From positions 30,880-89,571 of the forward strand of contig CAYROI010000001.1 of NCBI GenBank assembly GCA_964425835.1: a stretch of DNA of 58,692 nucleotides, given 5' to 3'. Made by a program: the position numbers and the translations under genes. Below, piece by piece: positions 46,095 to 55,909 of the stretch (positions are counted from its first letter, which is position 1; the number at the start of each line of letters is the position of its first letter). The notes under the pieces were generated by a model. That model had not been told where the DNA came from and searched no databases. It saw only the letters and a list, made by a program, of their open reading frames with translations. The stretch is from an uncultured Methylococcaceae bacterium. GTDB lineage: Bacteria; Pseudomonadota; Gammaproteobacteria; Methylococcales; Methylomonadaceae.

Positions 46095-47002
46095 TGTTTC
46101 ACCGTTGAGAGATAAGCATTCTGTAAGTTAGTCATTATCAAACTAAATTCACACACAGGTAATTGATGTGCAAATAAGGTTTTTAAGACCTTGTGTTGTG
46201 TTTTTTTACTTCCTGTTAATTTAAAAATCGCTTGTTCTGCACTAATTTCTAGCTCAGAAAGTTCGTCAATTGACGATAAAATCGCTGCAAGCCCAGAAAC
46301 AGGATGGGTTAAAACTAATTTAAATGCTTTAAGCTGTTGTGATTTTTCTTTGATAGAAACTTGTTCGATAATACGCCCTTCGCGTAACACCAACATATCG
46401 GTAGAATACGCTTCTAACTCAGATAAAATATGCGAAGAAACAATTAAAGTCATCCCTTGCTGTTGCAAATTTAAAAATAAATCAGCTAATAAATGGCGTG
46501 CTTCTGGGTCTAAACCTGAGGCAGGTTCATCTAATAACACCACTTTAGGTTGATGAATAATGGCTTGTGCAATGGCAACACGCTGGCGTAATCCCCGTGA
46601 TAATTCAGCAGGGGTTTGATCTAAACGATCACTAATATTTAGTTGTTGACTTACACGAAGAATGGCTTGCTCACAATTCCTGGTTTCAATCCCTTGCGCT
46701 CTTGCTACAAAATGTAAGCATTGGCGAACAGTCAAACGATCATAGAGTCCAAAAAAATCTGATAAATACCCTACTTTACGGTGACATAAACGGGGATGTT
46801 CTAAAACGTCAATTTCATCAATATTAATTGAGCCTGTTAAAGGTTGTTCTAAGGCAGATAAACAGCGTAATAACGTGGTTTTACCCGCGCCATTAGGTCC
46901 AACTAAAGCGGTAATACTTCCCGATGGAATCGAAAAAGAAAGTTCATTTAAAGCACGAAAACCTGTGTATTCAAAAATGAGATTAGAGACGTTTATTAAC
47001 AA
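46091..47002 (-). CDS. ABC transporter ATP-binding protein
   Basis: Walker A GPNGAGKTT, signature LSRGLRQR, Walker B VLLDEP, H-loop SSHIL. It has a C-terminal extension of about 80 aa. Confidence 0.9.
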   Translation of the reverse strand: MLINVSNLIFEYTGFRALNELSFSIPSGSITALVGPNGAGKTTLLRCLSALEQPLTGSINIDEIDVLEHPRLCHRKVGYLSDFFGLYDRLTVRQCLHFVARAQGIETRNCEQAILRVSQQLNISDRLDQTPAELSRGLRQRVAIAQAIIHQPKVVLLDEPASGLDPEARHLLADLFLNLQQQGMTLIVSSHILSELEAYSTDMLVLREGRIIEQVSIKEKSQQLKAFKLVLTHPVSGLAAILSSIDELSELEISAEQAIFKLTGSKKTQHKVLKTLFAHQLPVCEFSLIMTNLQNAYLSTVKQ

Positions 47003-47036
47003 TGGATTAACTCCTATAGTTTGACGTTACTATAAC

Positions 47037-47795
47037 TCATGATGAACCTAGTTTAAATGAAAAACTTTTGACTAAAGAAGACCAACTTTTTAAAGCAAAT
47101 TTAGTTGTTATAATAGATAAATAATCAACAAAACAATAACAAGCGGCAACCCCACTCGGCGGGTTAGCTTGGGTAAAACCAAAAATAGGATCAATTTCAG
47201 CCCATGCCCATGTACCTGAAAAAGTTCCTACAATTTCCAACCACGTACTAATAAAAAATGCCCCTAAATAAATCATTGGCGCACGACCTTTTATCAAATA
47301 AGCTAGAAAAATACAAAATAAAATTGCCCCCGTTACATCTTCACGTGAAGCAAAAACAGCTCCCCATAAAGCCCAAGTTCCGCCTGTGATAACTGCAAAT
47401 TTTGCTATTTCTCTTGCATAATGTTGAAAAAAACCAGCACGCGCTAAAGCAACAATCGCCAGATACACCACCCCATGACCTGGGGGAACATAAGCGGGTA
47501 AATTATCAAACCGATAAAGGTAGCACCCCATATAACTGGAGGCAAAAAGCTCTGCCATTGTTGCAAAAACTAGGGTCAAAATCACTTGCATTCTAACTGC
47601 TTTAGTTTCTCCCCATAGCATTAAAATCAATGCAGCCCATGTCATTAGGGCTAATGTTTTTTGGTCAGCTAATACCCCATTAGTCCCGTCATAATTGACA
47701 ACAACTGTAATAAAAATAAGAGAAAATAAGATGATAGCATAATCTCTTGGATGATGAAGGGCTTGAGAATTTGAAATAGGGAAATAAGATTGCAT
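47037..47795 (-). CDS. Polytopic membrane protein, hypothetical
   Basis: 252 aa with about 7 hydrophobic helices. It lies 34 nt upstream of the ABC ATPase on the same strand. No family recognised. Confidence 0.55.
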   Translation of the reverse strand: MQSYFPISNSQALHHPRDYAIILFSLIFITVVVNYDGTNGVLADQKTLALMTWAALILMLWGETKAVRMQVILTLVFATMAELFASSYMGCYLYRFDNLPAYVPPGHGVVYLAIVALARAGFFQHYAREIAKFAVITGGTWALWGAVFASREDVTGAILFCIFLAYLIKGRAPMIYLGAFFISTWLEIVGTFSGTWAWAEIDPIFGFTQANPPSGVAACYCFVDYLSIITTKFALKSWSSLVKSFSFKLGSS

Positions 47796-47810
47796 AAATA
47801 GCCTAAATTA

Positions 47811-48200
47811 TTACAATAATTCCCAAGGATTTTCTACCTTTACAGACAGGTTCTTAAAATCATTTAAATTTCTAGTTAAAATAGGATAACCTGATTTTTT
47901 AGATATAGCTGCAATTAATAAGTCAGGCATTTTCTTTTTAATCCCTTTTTTTCGCCATGAAATAATTTGCTCCCAGTGTTCCATCGTATGTGTTAGCATT
48001 TTAAGGGATGAGAAATACTGCCTAATTTCATTTTCCTGTTTTAATTTCATTTCCTGCCACCCTAAAACTTCTGCAAAAATGACAGGGGTTAGCACGGGAG
48101 TTAGTTTTCCTTGGGCAATTTCAGTTTTTAAATGACTCAATTCAAGCCTCCCTTCTAATAAATATATCCAAATATTCGTATCCAAAATGACCGAAGACAA
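47811..48200 (-). CDS. vapC: PIN-domain toxin (VapC-like) of a type II toxin-antitoxin pair
   Basis: VILDTNIWIYLLEG carries the first PIN acidic residue. Further acidic residues lie in EVLGWQE and DLLIAA, followed by LTRNLNDF. 129 aa. It lies 3 nt after the antitoxin ORF. Confidence 0.8.
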   Translation of the reverse strand: MSSVILDTNIWIYLLEGRLELSHLKTEIAQGKLTPVLTPVIFAEVLGWQEMKLKQENEIRQYFSSLKMLTHTMEHWEQIISWRKKGIKKKMPDLLIAAISKKSGYPILTRNLNDFKNLSVKVENPWELL

Positions 48201-48203
48201 TAT

Positions 48204-48428
48204 TTATTCCTCTCGCATAGTTTGTTGAAACGTTAAACCATCCGTTGATGAAGAAATTAAACCAAAAATAGAATCAATCGAATTAAAATTAGTCTCTGAA
48301 AGATTATTAAGCCCATAAGAAATTAATTGTTTTACTAAATCATTAACATCAATATTAAACAATTCCGCCTTATTTTGTAATTCAGATAATGTTCTTGAAT
48401 CAATATTATTGATAGATAAAGTTGTCAT
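48204..48428 (-). CDS. Putative antitoxin (VapB-like) of the PIN toxin
   Basis: 74-aa acidic ORF immediately upstream of the PIN gene. The assignment rests on position and size. The fold is not recognisable by eye. Confidence 0.55.
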   Translation of the reverse strand: MTTLSINNIDSRTLSELQNKAELFNIDVNDLVKQLISYGLNNLSETNFNSIDSIFGLISSSTDGLTFQQTMREE

Positions 48429-48471
48429 CTCTTCACCCCTAAGATTTTCATATTTTGGTTAAAATTTATAA

Positions 48472-49017
48472 CTACCATATCAAATCATCAGGCACTTGAT
48501 AAGCAGCATAAGCATCATCTTCCTCTATTAACTCAGACGTTTTACGTTCATTTAATAACAACACACAGTTCTCATCACGCTGGCGAATTTTTTCGGCGAC
48601 TTCTGCGGTCACAATTTCATAGCGTTTGTCTATTTTAACAATCGCTAAACGACCATGAACAAGTTGCTCTCGAACATCACGACTAACATAAATCTTTTTA
48701 ATCGTAGCCCCATCGCTAAAATTATAAGCTTCTCCCTCTGCATCTTGAGGGACTTTTTTAGAATCCACTAATTGCTTAATTTGCGCGATAATCGCTTTTT
48801 TTTCTGCAAATTGCTGTTTTTGCAAATTCAGGGCTTTATCTTTTTCAATTAGTTTAAGTTTAGCGCGTTTCATAGCTTCTGCGGTTTCATCTACCACCAC
48901 AATTTTATTTTTGCGTACCGCTTGCATTTGTTTACGCTTATTGGTTTTTGAAGTTTTCACTTTGGCTTTATTAGTCAACCCTGCGCCTAATAATTGCTCT
49001 TGTAATGATTTTGCCAC
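48472..49017 (-). CDS. DUF2058-family protein
   Basis: GTG start. The N-terminus AKSLQEQLLGAGL, followed by a Lys-rich region and a conserved C-terminal domain ending YQVPDDLIW, is as remembered for DUF2058 proteins. Confidence 0.7.
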   Translation of the reverse strand: MAKSLQEQLLGAGLTNKAKVKTSKTNKRKQMQAVRKNKIVVVDETAEAMKRAKLKLIEKDKALNLQKQQFAEKKAIIAQIKQLVDSKKVPQDAEGEAYNFSDGATIKKIYVSRDVREQLVHGRLAIVKIDKRYEIVTAEVAEKIRQRDENCVLLLNERKTSELIEEDDAYAAYQVPDDLIW

Positions 49018-49046
49018 AATATTTTTTTAAAAATTTAAGATAAAAT

Positions 49047-49079
49047 AATAAACAAAAGAGCCGTTAAATCAACCGCTCT
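49047..49079 (-). terminator. Intrinsic terminator after leuA
   Basis: On the reverse strand: AGAGCGGTT, loop GATTT, AACGGCTCT (9-bp stem with one C.C mismatch), then TTTGTTTATT. It begins 17 nt after the leuA stop. Confidence 0.55.
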
Positions 49080-49095
49080 ATTTCACATAATTGAA

Positions 49096-50637
49096 TCAAA
49101 CATTCCCTTGTGGATGACGACGATCATCAGGGATTTGTAAGCGATTAATCGCATTAATATAAGCTTTTGCCGAGGCAATGACTATATCCGTATCAGCACC
49201 CAGACCATTCACAATCCGCCCGCCTTTTTCTAAACGCACAGTCACTTCACCCTGTGCATCCGTACCACAGGTTATATTATTAACAGAATATAATTCTAAA
49301 GTTGCCGCAGTCTGCACAATACGTTCAATCGCTTTCAAACTGGCATCAACGACCCCACTCCCCTCGGCATGACCTGAAACTTCTTTATTATCTATTTTTA
49401 ACGTAATATGTGCTTTAGGGATCTCACCTGTTTCAGATTGAACTTTCAATGAAACCAACTCAACCTGCTTAGTTTCAGGATAAACACTCACTTCTGAAAT
49501 TAAGGCCTGTAAATCTTCATCAAAAATTTCATGTTTTTTATCCGCTAATTGTTTAAAACGGAAAAAAGTTTCATTCAAGGTTTGTTCAGTTTGAAACTCA
49601 AACCCTAATTCCGTCATTCGACTTTTAAACGCATTACGTCCTGAATGTTTCCCCAATACCATTCTGTTAGCCGCCCAACCTACATCTTCGGCTTTCATTA
49701 TTTCATAAGTTTCAGGATTTTTTAACACGCCATCTTGATGAATCCCCGCCTCATGAGCAAACGCATTTGCCCCTACAATCGCTTTATTAGGTTGTATCGG
49801 AAACCCTGTAATGGATGAAACCAATTTAGAACAGCCCAATATTTCTGGCGTATTCAATCTCGTATCACAGTCAAATATATCTTGTCGTGTCCGAATGGCC
49901 ATTACCACTTCTTCTAGGGAAGCATTCCCAGCTCTTTCACCTAAGCCATTAATAGTACACTCAACTTGTCGTGCGCCATTCATAACTGCCGCCAATGAAT
50001 TAGCAACAGCCAATCCTAAATCATTATGACAATGCACTGAAAAAATAGCTTTATCTGAATTAGGAATCCGCTGCTTTAAATTTGCAATGGTTTCACCAAA
50101 TTGGTGCGGAATACTGTAACCTACCGTATCGGGAATATTTAATGTGGTTGCACCCGCATCAATCACAGCTTCTAAAATACGACACAAAAAATCTTCATCT
50201 GAACGTCCTGCATCTTCGGGTGAAAACTCAACATTATCGGTATAATTTCGCGCTCTTTTAACCGCGCGTACTGCATGTTCAATGACTTGCTCAGGCTGCA
50301 TATTCAGCTTCAACTGCATATGAATAGGCGAAGTAGCAATAAAGGTATGAATCCTTGCACTATTTGCGGATTTTATTGCCTCCCCCGCACGATCTATATC
50401 TTTATCTAAAGCACGCGCTAAAGCACAGACAGTACTGTCTTTAATCACCTTTGCAACCGCTTGAACGGCTTCAAAATCGCCCGTACTTGCCGCAGGAAAT
50501 CCTGCCTCAATAATATCAACCTGTAACCGTTCCAAGGCTTTAGCAATACGAACCTTTTCATCACGAGTCATAGACGCACCAGGGCTTTGCTCGCCATCGC
50601 GCAAGGTGGTATCAAATATAATTAATTTATCTTTCAT
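49096..50637 (-). CDS. leuA: 2-isopropylmalate synthase
   Basis: [15 protein letters not shown] and [14 protein letters not shown] blocks plus the C-terminal LeuA regulatory domain. I chose ATG 50637 (MKDKL), which has GGAGA 4 nt upstream. Confidence 0.95.
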   Translation of the reverse strand: MKDKLIIFDTTLRDGEQSPGASMTRDEKVRIAKALERLQVDIIEAGFPAASTGDFEAVQAVAKVIKDSTVCALARALDKDIDRAGEAIKSANSARIHTFIATSPIHMQLKLNMQPEQVIEHAVRAVKRARNYTDNVEFSPEDAGRSDEDFLCRILEAVIDAGATTLNIPDTVGYSIPHQFGETIANLKQRIPNSDKAIFSVHCHNDLGLAVANSLAAVMNGARQVECTINGLGERAGNASLEEVVMAIRTRQDIFDCDTRLNTPEILGCSKLVSSITGFPIQPNKAIVGANAFAHEAGIHQDGVLKNPETYEIMKAEDVGWAANRMVLGKHSGRNAFKSRMTELGFEFQTEQTLNETFFRFKQLADKKHEIFDEDLQALISEVSVYPETKQVELVSLKVQSETGEIPKAHITLKIDNKEVSGHAEGSGVVDASLKAIERIVQTAATLELYSVNNITCGTDAQGEVTVRLEKGGRIVNGLGADTDIVIASAKAYINAINRLQIPDDRRHPQGNV

Positions 50638-50870
50638 GATGTCTCCGTTCATGAAATAGGGTTGACTTAAATTTTAAATCAATAAAAAGAATAGGGTGTA
50701 TGTTTGGTGAATCTTTAAAATAATAATGCCCTAAGGCAGTAAATTTAAGATAAATTTGGTAAGCGCACAGAAACTAGCCCGTGAAGCTAATTTTTTTAAA
50801 TTAATTTGTGCGTTAGAAATAGGTGGTTTCATAGAGCCAGACTATACCTGTTTGTGAACCGTCTCTCAAG

Positions 50871-51614
50871 TTATTTTATTTTTTTTTGTAACCGTTTACG
50901 ACGTAGCATGACCAAGGTAATCACAGGACCTGAAATCGCATAAGCCAAGAAAAGTAAAAATAACATCGCAGGTGGCTGTATCATAATAAAAGCAAGGCTT
51001 AGCATAACGATAATCGTTGCAACAAAAGGCACACGCCCTTTAAAGTCTATTTCTTTAAAACTGGAGTAGCGAAAATTACTGACCATCAACAAGCCCGTAC
51101 TAATCGTCAATATTAAAGCAATGAATTTTAAGGATTCGACCTCGTAATTATATTCAACACTAAACCATAAAAAACCTGCCAAAATAGCAGCGGCGGCAGG
51201 ACTAGGTAACCCTTGAAAATAACGCTTATCTGCGGTTTCAACTTGCGTATTAAAACGCGCGAGTCTTAATGCCCCGCCCGCAGTATGAACAAAAGCGGCA
51301 AAAAGTCCTAATTTTCCCAATGATGAAAATGCCCATAAATACATCACCAGCCCAGGGGCTACGCCAAAAGAAACCATATCTGATAAGCTGTCATATTGCA
51401 CCCCAAATTCACTTTGGGTATTGGTCATTCTGGCAATGCGACCATCTAAACCATCTAAAATCATCGCGACAAAAATAGCAATTGCGGCAATTTCAAAGCG
51501 TTCATTAATAGCAGAGGTAATGGCATAAAAACCCGAGAACATCGCACCTGTAGTAAATAAATTGGGTAATAAATAGATACCGCGATGACGGGGAGATTTA
51601 GTTTTATTTATCAT
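50871..51614 (-). CDS. pssA: CDP-diacylglycerol-serine O-phosphatidyltransferase (CDP-alcohol phosphatidyltransferase type)
   Basis: DGLDGRIARMTNTQSEFGVQYDSLSD matches the motif D-G-x2-A-R-x8-G-x3-D-x3-D. Polytopic, 247 aa. Confidence 0.9.
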   Translation of the reverse strand: MINKTKSPRHRGIYLLPNLFTTGAMFSGFYAITSAINERFEIAAIAIFVAMILDGLDGRIARMTNTQSEFGVQYDSLSDMVSFGVAPGLVMYLWAFSSLGKLGLFAAFVHTAGGALRLARFNTQVETADKRYFQGLPSPAAAAILAGFLWFSVEYNYEVESLKFIALILTISTGLLMVSNFRYSSFKEIDFKGRVPFVATIIVMLSLAFIMIQPPAMLFLLFLAYAISGPVITLVMLRRKRLQKKIK

Positions 51615-51726
51615 AGGTTAACTCTTTAATGGCTAGGCATTTTTTATTGAAGGGAACAAGCTATTAGCCCCTTTTCTTGGTATAGTTTAACACTCTATAA
51701 TTGAAGATGTTAGCTGAGGGCATGTT

Positions 51727-53544
51727 GTGAAAAAAATAATTTTAATAACATTAAGCATAATTAGCGGGTTGTTTTTAACGGTAAACATGGTCATTGCAAC
51801 ACCAAAAGATGACACAGTTCAATTAGCACCAGGTTATGGTGCATTAGGATTTCATGCCCCTAAAGCAGGAAGCTATCATTTAGATGCACTCGGTAAAGCC
51901 GCCAATGGTTCGGTTTTAACTTCGGAAAACAAACCTAAAAAATTATTTGATTTTATGGGGGATAAGATCGTTTTACTGAGTTTTATCTATGCAACCTGTA
52001 GTGATGTCAATGGCTGTCCTTTAGCAACGATGGTTTTCCATCAAATAAAAAAACGGTTGTTGAAAAACGCTAAAATCGCCTCAAAACTACGCCTGCTCAC
52101 CTTAAGCTTTAATCCCACAATGGATACACCTGAAAAAATGCGCGCTTATGGTAAAAATTTTCAAAACCAAGGCTTAGAATGGCAGTTTTTAACCACCAAA
52201 TCTGAACAAGAATTAGCCCCCATTTTGCAGCATTATCAACAAAATATTCAAAAAGTTTATAATGAACAAGGACAATTTACAGGAACTTTTTCGCATCTTT
52301 TACGGGTTTATTTAATAGATAAAAACAAAATAATTCGCAATATTTACAGCGTTGATTTTTTACATCCAGACACTTTAATCAGTGATATAAAAACCCTGCT
52401 TCAAGAAAATCAGCAAGCAACGCAAAATAGCGTATCTAAACAAGTACTTGATACGTCTGTTGATTTATTAAACAATAGCTTACATCCTCCGCTAGGATTA
52501 CCCGCGATTATTTTTCCAAAAAATAATCCACCAACGGCTAAAAAAATAGCCTTGGGACGAAAACTCTTTTTTGATCGTCGCCTATCCCTTAATGATACTT
52601 TTTCTTGTGCCATGTGTCATGTTCCAGAACAGGGATTTGGTAGCTATGAAATGGCGACTTCTGTTGGCGTTGAAGGGCGAACAGTAAGACGAAATGCTCC
52701 GACTTTATACAATGTTGCTTATATGAAAAAACTCTTTCATGATGGACGTGAAGATAGTTTAGCGCAACAAGCGTGGTCGCCACTTTTAGCGCATAATGAA
52801 ATGGCAAATCCTTCTATTGGTTATGTTATCAATAAAATTAAACAACAAGATGATTACAAAGGCTTATTTCAAGCAGCATTTAAGCGGGGTGTAACCATGG
52901 AAACGGTGGGTATGGCATTAGCTAGTTATCAACGCAGTTTAAATTCCGCTAATTCTGCTTTTGATCGCTGGTTTTATGGTCAGCAAAATAAGGCACTCAC
53001 AGCAAAGGAACAACAAGGCTATCATTTATTTATTGGCAAGGCAGGATGCGCTCAATGCCATTTAATCAACAAAAAAAGCGCGCTGTTTACCGATCATCAA
53101 TTGCACAATACAGGGATCGGTTATCAACAAAGTATGTTGAAATTGCCTAAAAAACAACGGATTCAAATTACCTCCACGCAATTTATTAACGTTGATTCTA
53201 ACATCATTAGTCGTGTTTCAGAAGCAACAAGCACCGATTTAGGACGCTATGAAATAACCCAAAATCCTGCCGATCGTTGGAAATATAAAACCCTAAGCTT
53301 ACGTAATATTGCCTTGACTGCCCCTTATATGCACAACGGTCAATTTCAAACATTGGCAGAAGTTATTAATTTTTATAATCAAGGTGGGGTTAAAAATGAA
53401 AATTTAGACCCGCTTATCAAACCGCTTCATTTATCAACACAAGAACAAGCTGCTCTGGTTGCTTTTTTAAAAAGTTTAACAGGCAGTAATGTCAATGCGC
53501 TTGTCAATAATGCCTTGGCGGCTCCTATTGGCGAAAGAAAATAA
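51727..53544 (+). CDS. Exported fusion protein: SCO1/SenC-like thioredoxin-fold domain + di-heme cytochrome c peroxidase (CCP/MauG family)
   Basis: GTG start with GAGGG upstream and a signal peptide. The N-terminal half has the SCO layout (VLLSFIYATCSDVNGCP, LTLSFNPTMDTPEKMRAYG, HLLRVYLID). The C-terminal half has two CxxCH motifs (SCAMCH, GCAQCH) and PYMHNGQF, typical of CCP/MauG. Confidence 0.8.
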   Translation: MKKIILITLSIISGLFLTVNMVIATPKDDTVQLAPGYGALGFHAPKAGSYHLDALGKAANGSVLTSENKPKKLFDFMGDKIVLLSFIYATCSDVNGCPLATMVFHQIKKRLLKNAKIASKLRLLTLSFNPTMDTPEKMRAYGKNFQNQGLEWQFLTTKSEQELAPILQHYQQNIQKVYNEQGQFTGTFSHLLRVYLIDKNKIIRNIYSVDFLHPDTLISDIKTLLQENQQATQNSVSKQVLDTSVDLLNNSLHPPLGLPAIIFPKNNPPTAKKIALGRKLFFDRRLSLNDTFSCAMCHVPEQGFGSYEMATSVGVEGRTVRRNAPTLYNVAYMKKLFHDGREDSLAQQAWSPLLAHNEMANPSIGYVINKIKQQDDYKGLFQAAFKRGVTMETVGMALASYQRSLNSANSAFDRWFYGQQNKALTAKEQQGYHLFIGKAGCAQCHLINKKSALFTDHQLHNTGIGYQQSMLKLPKKQRIQITSTQFINVDSNIISRVSEATSTDLGRYEITQNPADRWKYKTLSLRNIALTAPYMHNGQFQTLAEVINFYNQGGVKNENLDPLIKPLHLSTQEQAALVAFLKSLTGSNVNALVNNALAAPIGERK

Positions 53545-53572
53545 GGCGCTTAAAGTAAATGCAATCACATAA

Positions 53573-55906
53573 CTACCGTCTAGGATTTCTTTTTCTAGGC
53601 GGAATTGCTAAAGCTGAAAAAGGCGCATCGGCAGAATTTAACGATAAACTGGGGTGATAATAACGATCATTCATTAAGGCATCTGTCCAACGGTCGCGTA
53701 AATAATTCATTTCCATCTGCGCTCTTGCCGCTTTTTCAGCGGTATCATCTTTGCCCCGACTAATAGATTCAGCATGAATCATACAAGCGAAAGGTGTCCA
53801 AACACAACGCAAATTATTTTTCGCTAATTTTAAACAATAATCCACATCATTAAAGGCAACAGGAAACGCTTTTTCATCCAAGCCATTTAATTTTAAATAG
53901 TCACTTTTTCGGGTTAATAGACAAGCCGCCGTCACCGCGCCCACTTGATGGGTTACTTGCAATAATCCTTGATAACCTAAATCCTCGGCACAATTATGAT
54001 TGCCAATATGTCCTGCAAGATTGTTTACCCCAAGTAATACACCGCCATGTTGTACCATCTCATTAGGCCACAAAAGCTTTGCCCCGACTGCCCCTATCTT
54101 AGGTCGAAGAAGCAACGCTAACATTTCTTCCATCCACTCAGAGGTAATGACTTCAATATCGTTATTAATCAAGCCAATAATCTCACCTTGTGCTTGTTCA
54201 ACCGCTAAATTATTAATCGCCGAATAATTAAAATTTTTATCATAAGTCATCACTTTATGCCCCCGAATTTGAAATTCAGCTAACAAATTCAACGCCTCAT
54301 CATCTGTCGTCTGATTATCAACAATAATCAGTTCATAATTTGGATAAGTCGATTTTTTTTCAATGGATTCAACACAGGTTTTCAAAAGTTTCGCTTGATC
54401 TTTCGTAGGAATAATCAAACTAATCAATGGCAGTTTTTTAGGTAAAGGACGCGTTATTTTACGCAAAAATGAATGCTGTGGATGTACGCTGACAATAGCT
54501 TGTGGTTCTTGGGTTTTTAAATACTGCTGACACCATTGTAAATTAAGCTTTTGTTGATGATGAGAGACTTCTGCATGAAACCGACGATGATAAAGAATAT
54601 GGGGCAGGTGAATAATTGAAAATTGCCGTGCATTTGCCGCTAATACCGCTTGCCAAGGTAATGCATGTATATTATTAGGTAGCTGCGTCATTAGCACGGC
54701 ATTAACCACACAAAAATAATCAATATAATTATGTGATAAAAAAAGATCATGATCCCAAGCGGGTTTAAACCAAGGGTTTGTTCTTTTACCTTCCCTATTA
54801 TCTTGGTCACAATCGGTATAGACAATCCCTACTTTATCATTTGTTTCAAAAACATGAATGACTTGCGTCAAAGCTTGGCTAGGTAAATGATCGCCCGCTT
54901 CAATAAAACTTAATAAGTTTGTTTTATGTTTAAATAAGTTAGCTAAATTTATTTTCTCAGGACGCGATTGAATTTGAGAGTGATGTTGAAATCCAACAGG
55001 AATTTTCGCCTCAACCCAAGCTAACCAATTAGTATGTGTTTGTTCAACAAGACTATTTAAAGTTTTAGCCAAATTGTCATTTGAATGGGTTACGACAATC
55101 AAAACAAAAACATCAGCGGTTTTATTTAAAACAGGAATTGATTCATAAGTAGCATACCAATAGCCATAATCTTTAAAACGTAAACTTTTTGGAAGCCTCT
55201 GCTCATAATTTTGAAATAATTTTTTTAATAATTGATAATTTTTCTCCAAAGATAGCGCATTTCTTTTTGGCTGATAAAGCGAATCTAACAAAGTTGTTGT
55301 GCCTTGTGGTTGCGTCCAAACTTTTAACGGACTACCTGGCAAATGCATTTCTTTATCTATTTTTATTTCAACTTCATGTGTTGAGCCATCCGCTAAAAAA
55401 GCAGGCAGTTCTATTTTAAACCTGCCATTTTGCGCGTTCATAATTTGAGTTTTTGTACGAGCAATCATCTCCCCTTGATAAAAACATTCAAGGGTAAATA
55501 TTTTTGACGGCGCAAAAGGATCACGTAACCAGCCATGCAAACTAAGTCCACCATCATGGTAAAGCATAGTATCAAGGGGCAAGACCTTTTTCTTTGAATC
55601 TTCATCATCTATTAATGAAACCTTGCCTTCAAGATATTGCTCACAATTGGCAATTTTAGCTTGAATTACAACGGCTGTTTTTAAAACATGCTCAGGAAGC
55701 ATATAAGCAAATGCGTAATAGCCCGTGCCTTTATTTTTAGATCTTAAATCAGCATCATATAATTGAGCTGTTACACAACTAACCGCTTGACCATCAATTA
55801 ATATTTCCACATAAACACGACGCAAAGGATCAGAAGGACACCATGCCCACCCAAAAACAATATTGCCAATATGTCCTGTTAATTTTCCTTGAAATAATAG
55901 CGTCAT
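53573..55906 (-). CDS. Multidomain glycosyltransferase: two N-terminal GW..DP modules, a degenerate GT2-like domain and an intact GT2 domain
   Basis: 777 aa. The intact GT2 block is ISLIIPTKDQAKLLKTCVESI...ELIIVDNQTTDD...LINNDIEV. An upstream GT-like region is VLIVVTHSNDNLAKTLNSL. The N-terminal repeats are GNIVFGWAWCPSDP and LSLHGWLRDPFAP. Confidence 0.8.
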   Translation of the reverse strand: MTLLFQGKLTGHIGNIVFGWAWCPSDPLRRVYVEILIDGQAVSCVTAQLYDADLRSKNKGTGYYAFAYMLPEHVLKTAVVIQAKIANCEQYLEGKVSLIDDEDSKKKVLPLDTMLYHDGGLSLHGWLRDPFAPSKIFTLECFYQGEMIARTKTQIMNAQNGRFKIELPAFLADGSTHEVEIKIDKEMHLPGSPLKVWTQPQGTTTLLDSLYQPKRNALSLEKNYQLLKKLFQNYEQRLPKSLRFKDYGYWYATYESIPVLNKTADVFVLIVVTHSNDNLAKTLNSLVEQTHTNWLAWVEAKIPVGFQHHSQIQSRPEKINLANLFKHKTNLLSFIEAGDHLPSQALTQVIHVFETNDKVGIVYTDCDQDNREGKRTNPWFKPAWDHDLFLSHNYIDYFCVVNAVLMTQLPNNIHALPWQAVLAANARQFSIIHLPHILYHRRFHAEVSHHQQKLNLQWCQQYLKTQEPQAIVSVHPQHSFLRKITRPLPKKLPLISLIIPTKDQAKLLKTCVESIEKKSTYPNYELIIVDNQTTDDEALNLLAEFQIRGHKVMTYDKNFNYSAINNLAVEQAQGEIIGLINNDIEVITSEWMEEMLALLLRPKIGAVGAKLLWPNEMVQHGGVLLGVNNLAGHIGNHNCAEDLGYQGLLQVTHQVGAVTAACLLTRKSDYLKLNGLDEKAFPVAFNDVDYCLKLAKNNLRCVWTPFACMIHAESISRGKDDTAEKAARAQMEMNYLRDRWTDALMNDRYYHPSLSLNSADAPFSALAIPPRKRNPRR

Positions 55907-55909
55907 CTT

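Noticed and set aside
46191-46553. 120-aa plus-strand ORF antisense to the ABC ATPase gene
   Set aside because: It overlaps the Walker B/signature region of a clearly real gene and has a Ser/Cys-rich, low-information sequence.
50653-50870. Possible leucine leader peptide or attenuator upstream of leuA
   Set aside because: The only small reverse-strand ORF (MKPPISNAQINLKKLASRASFCALTKFILNLLP) has no run of Leu codons. The candidate hairpins are 4-5 bp with no convincing U-tract. I cannot support an attenuator from sequence alone.
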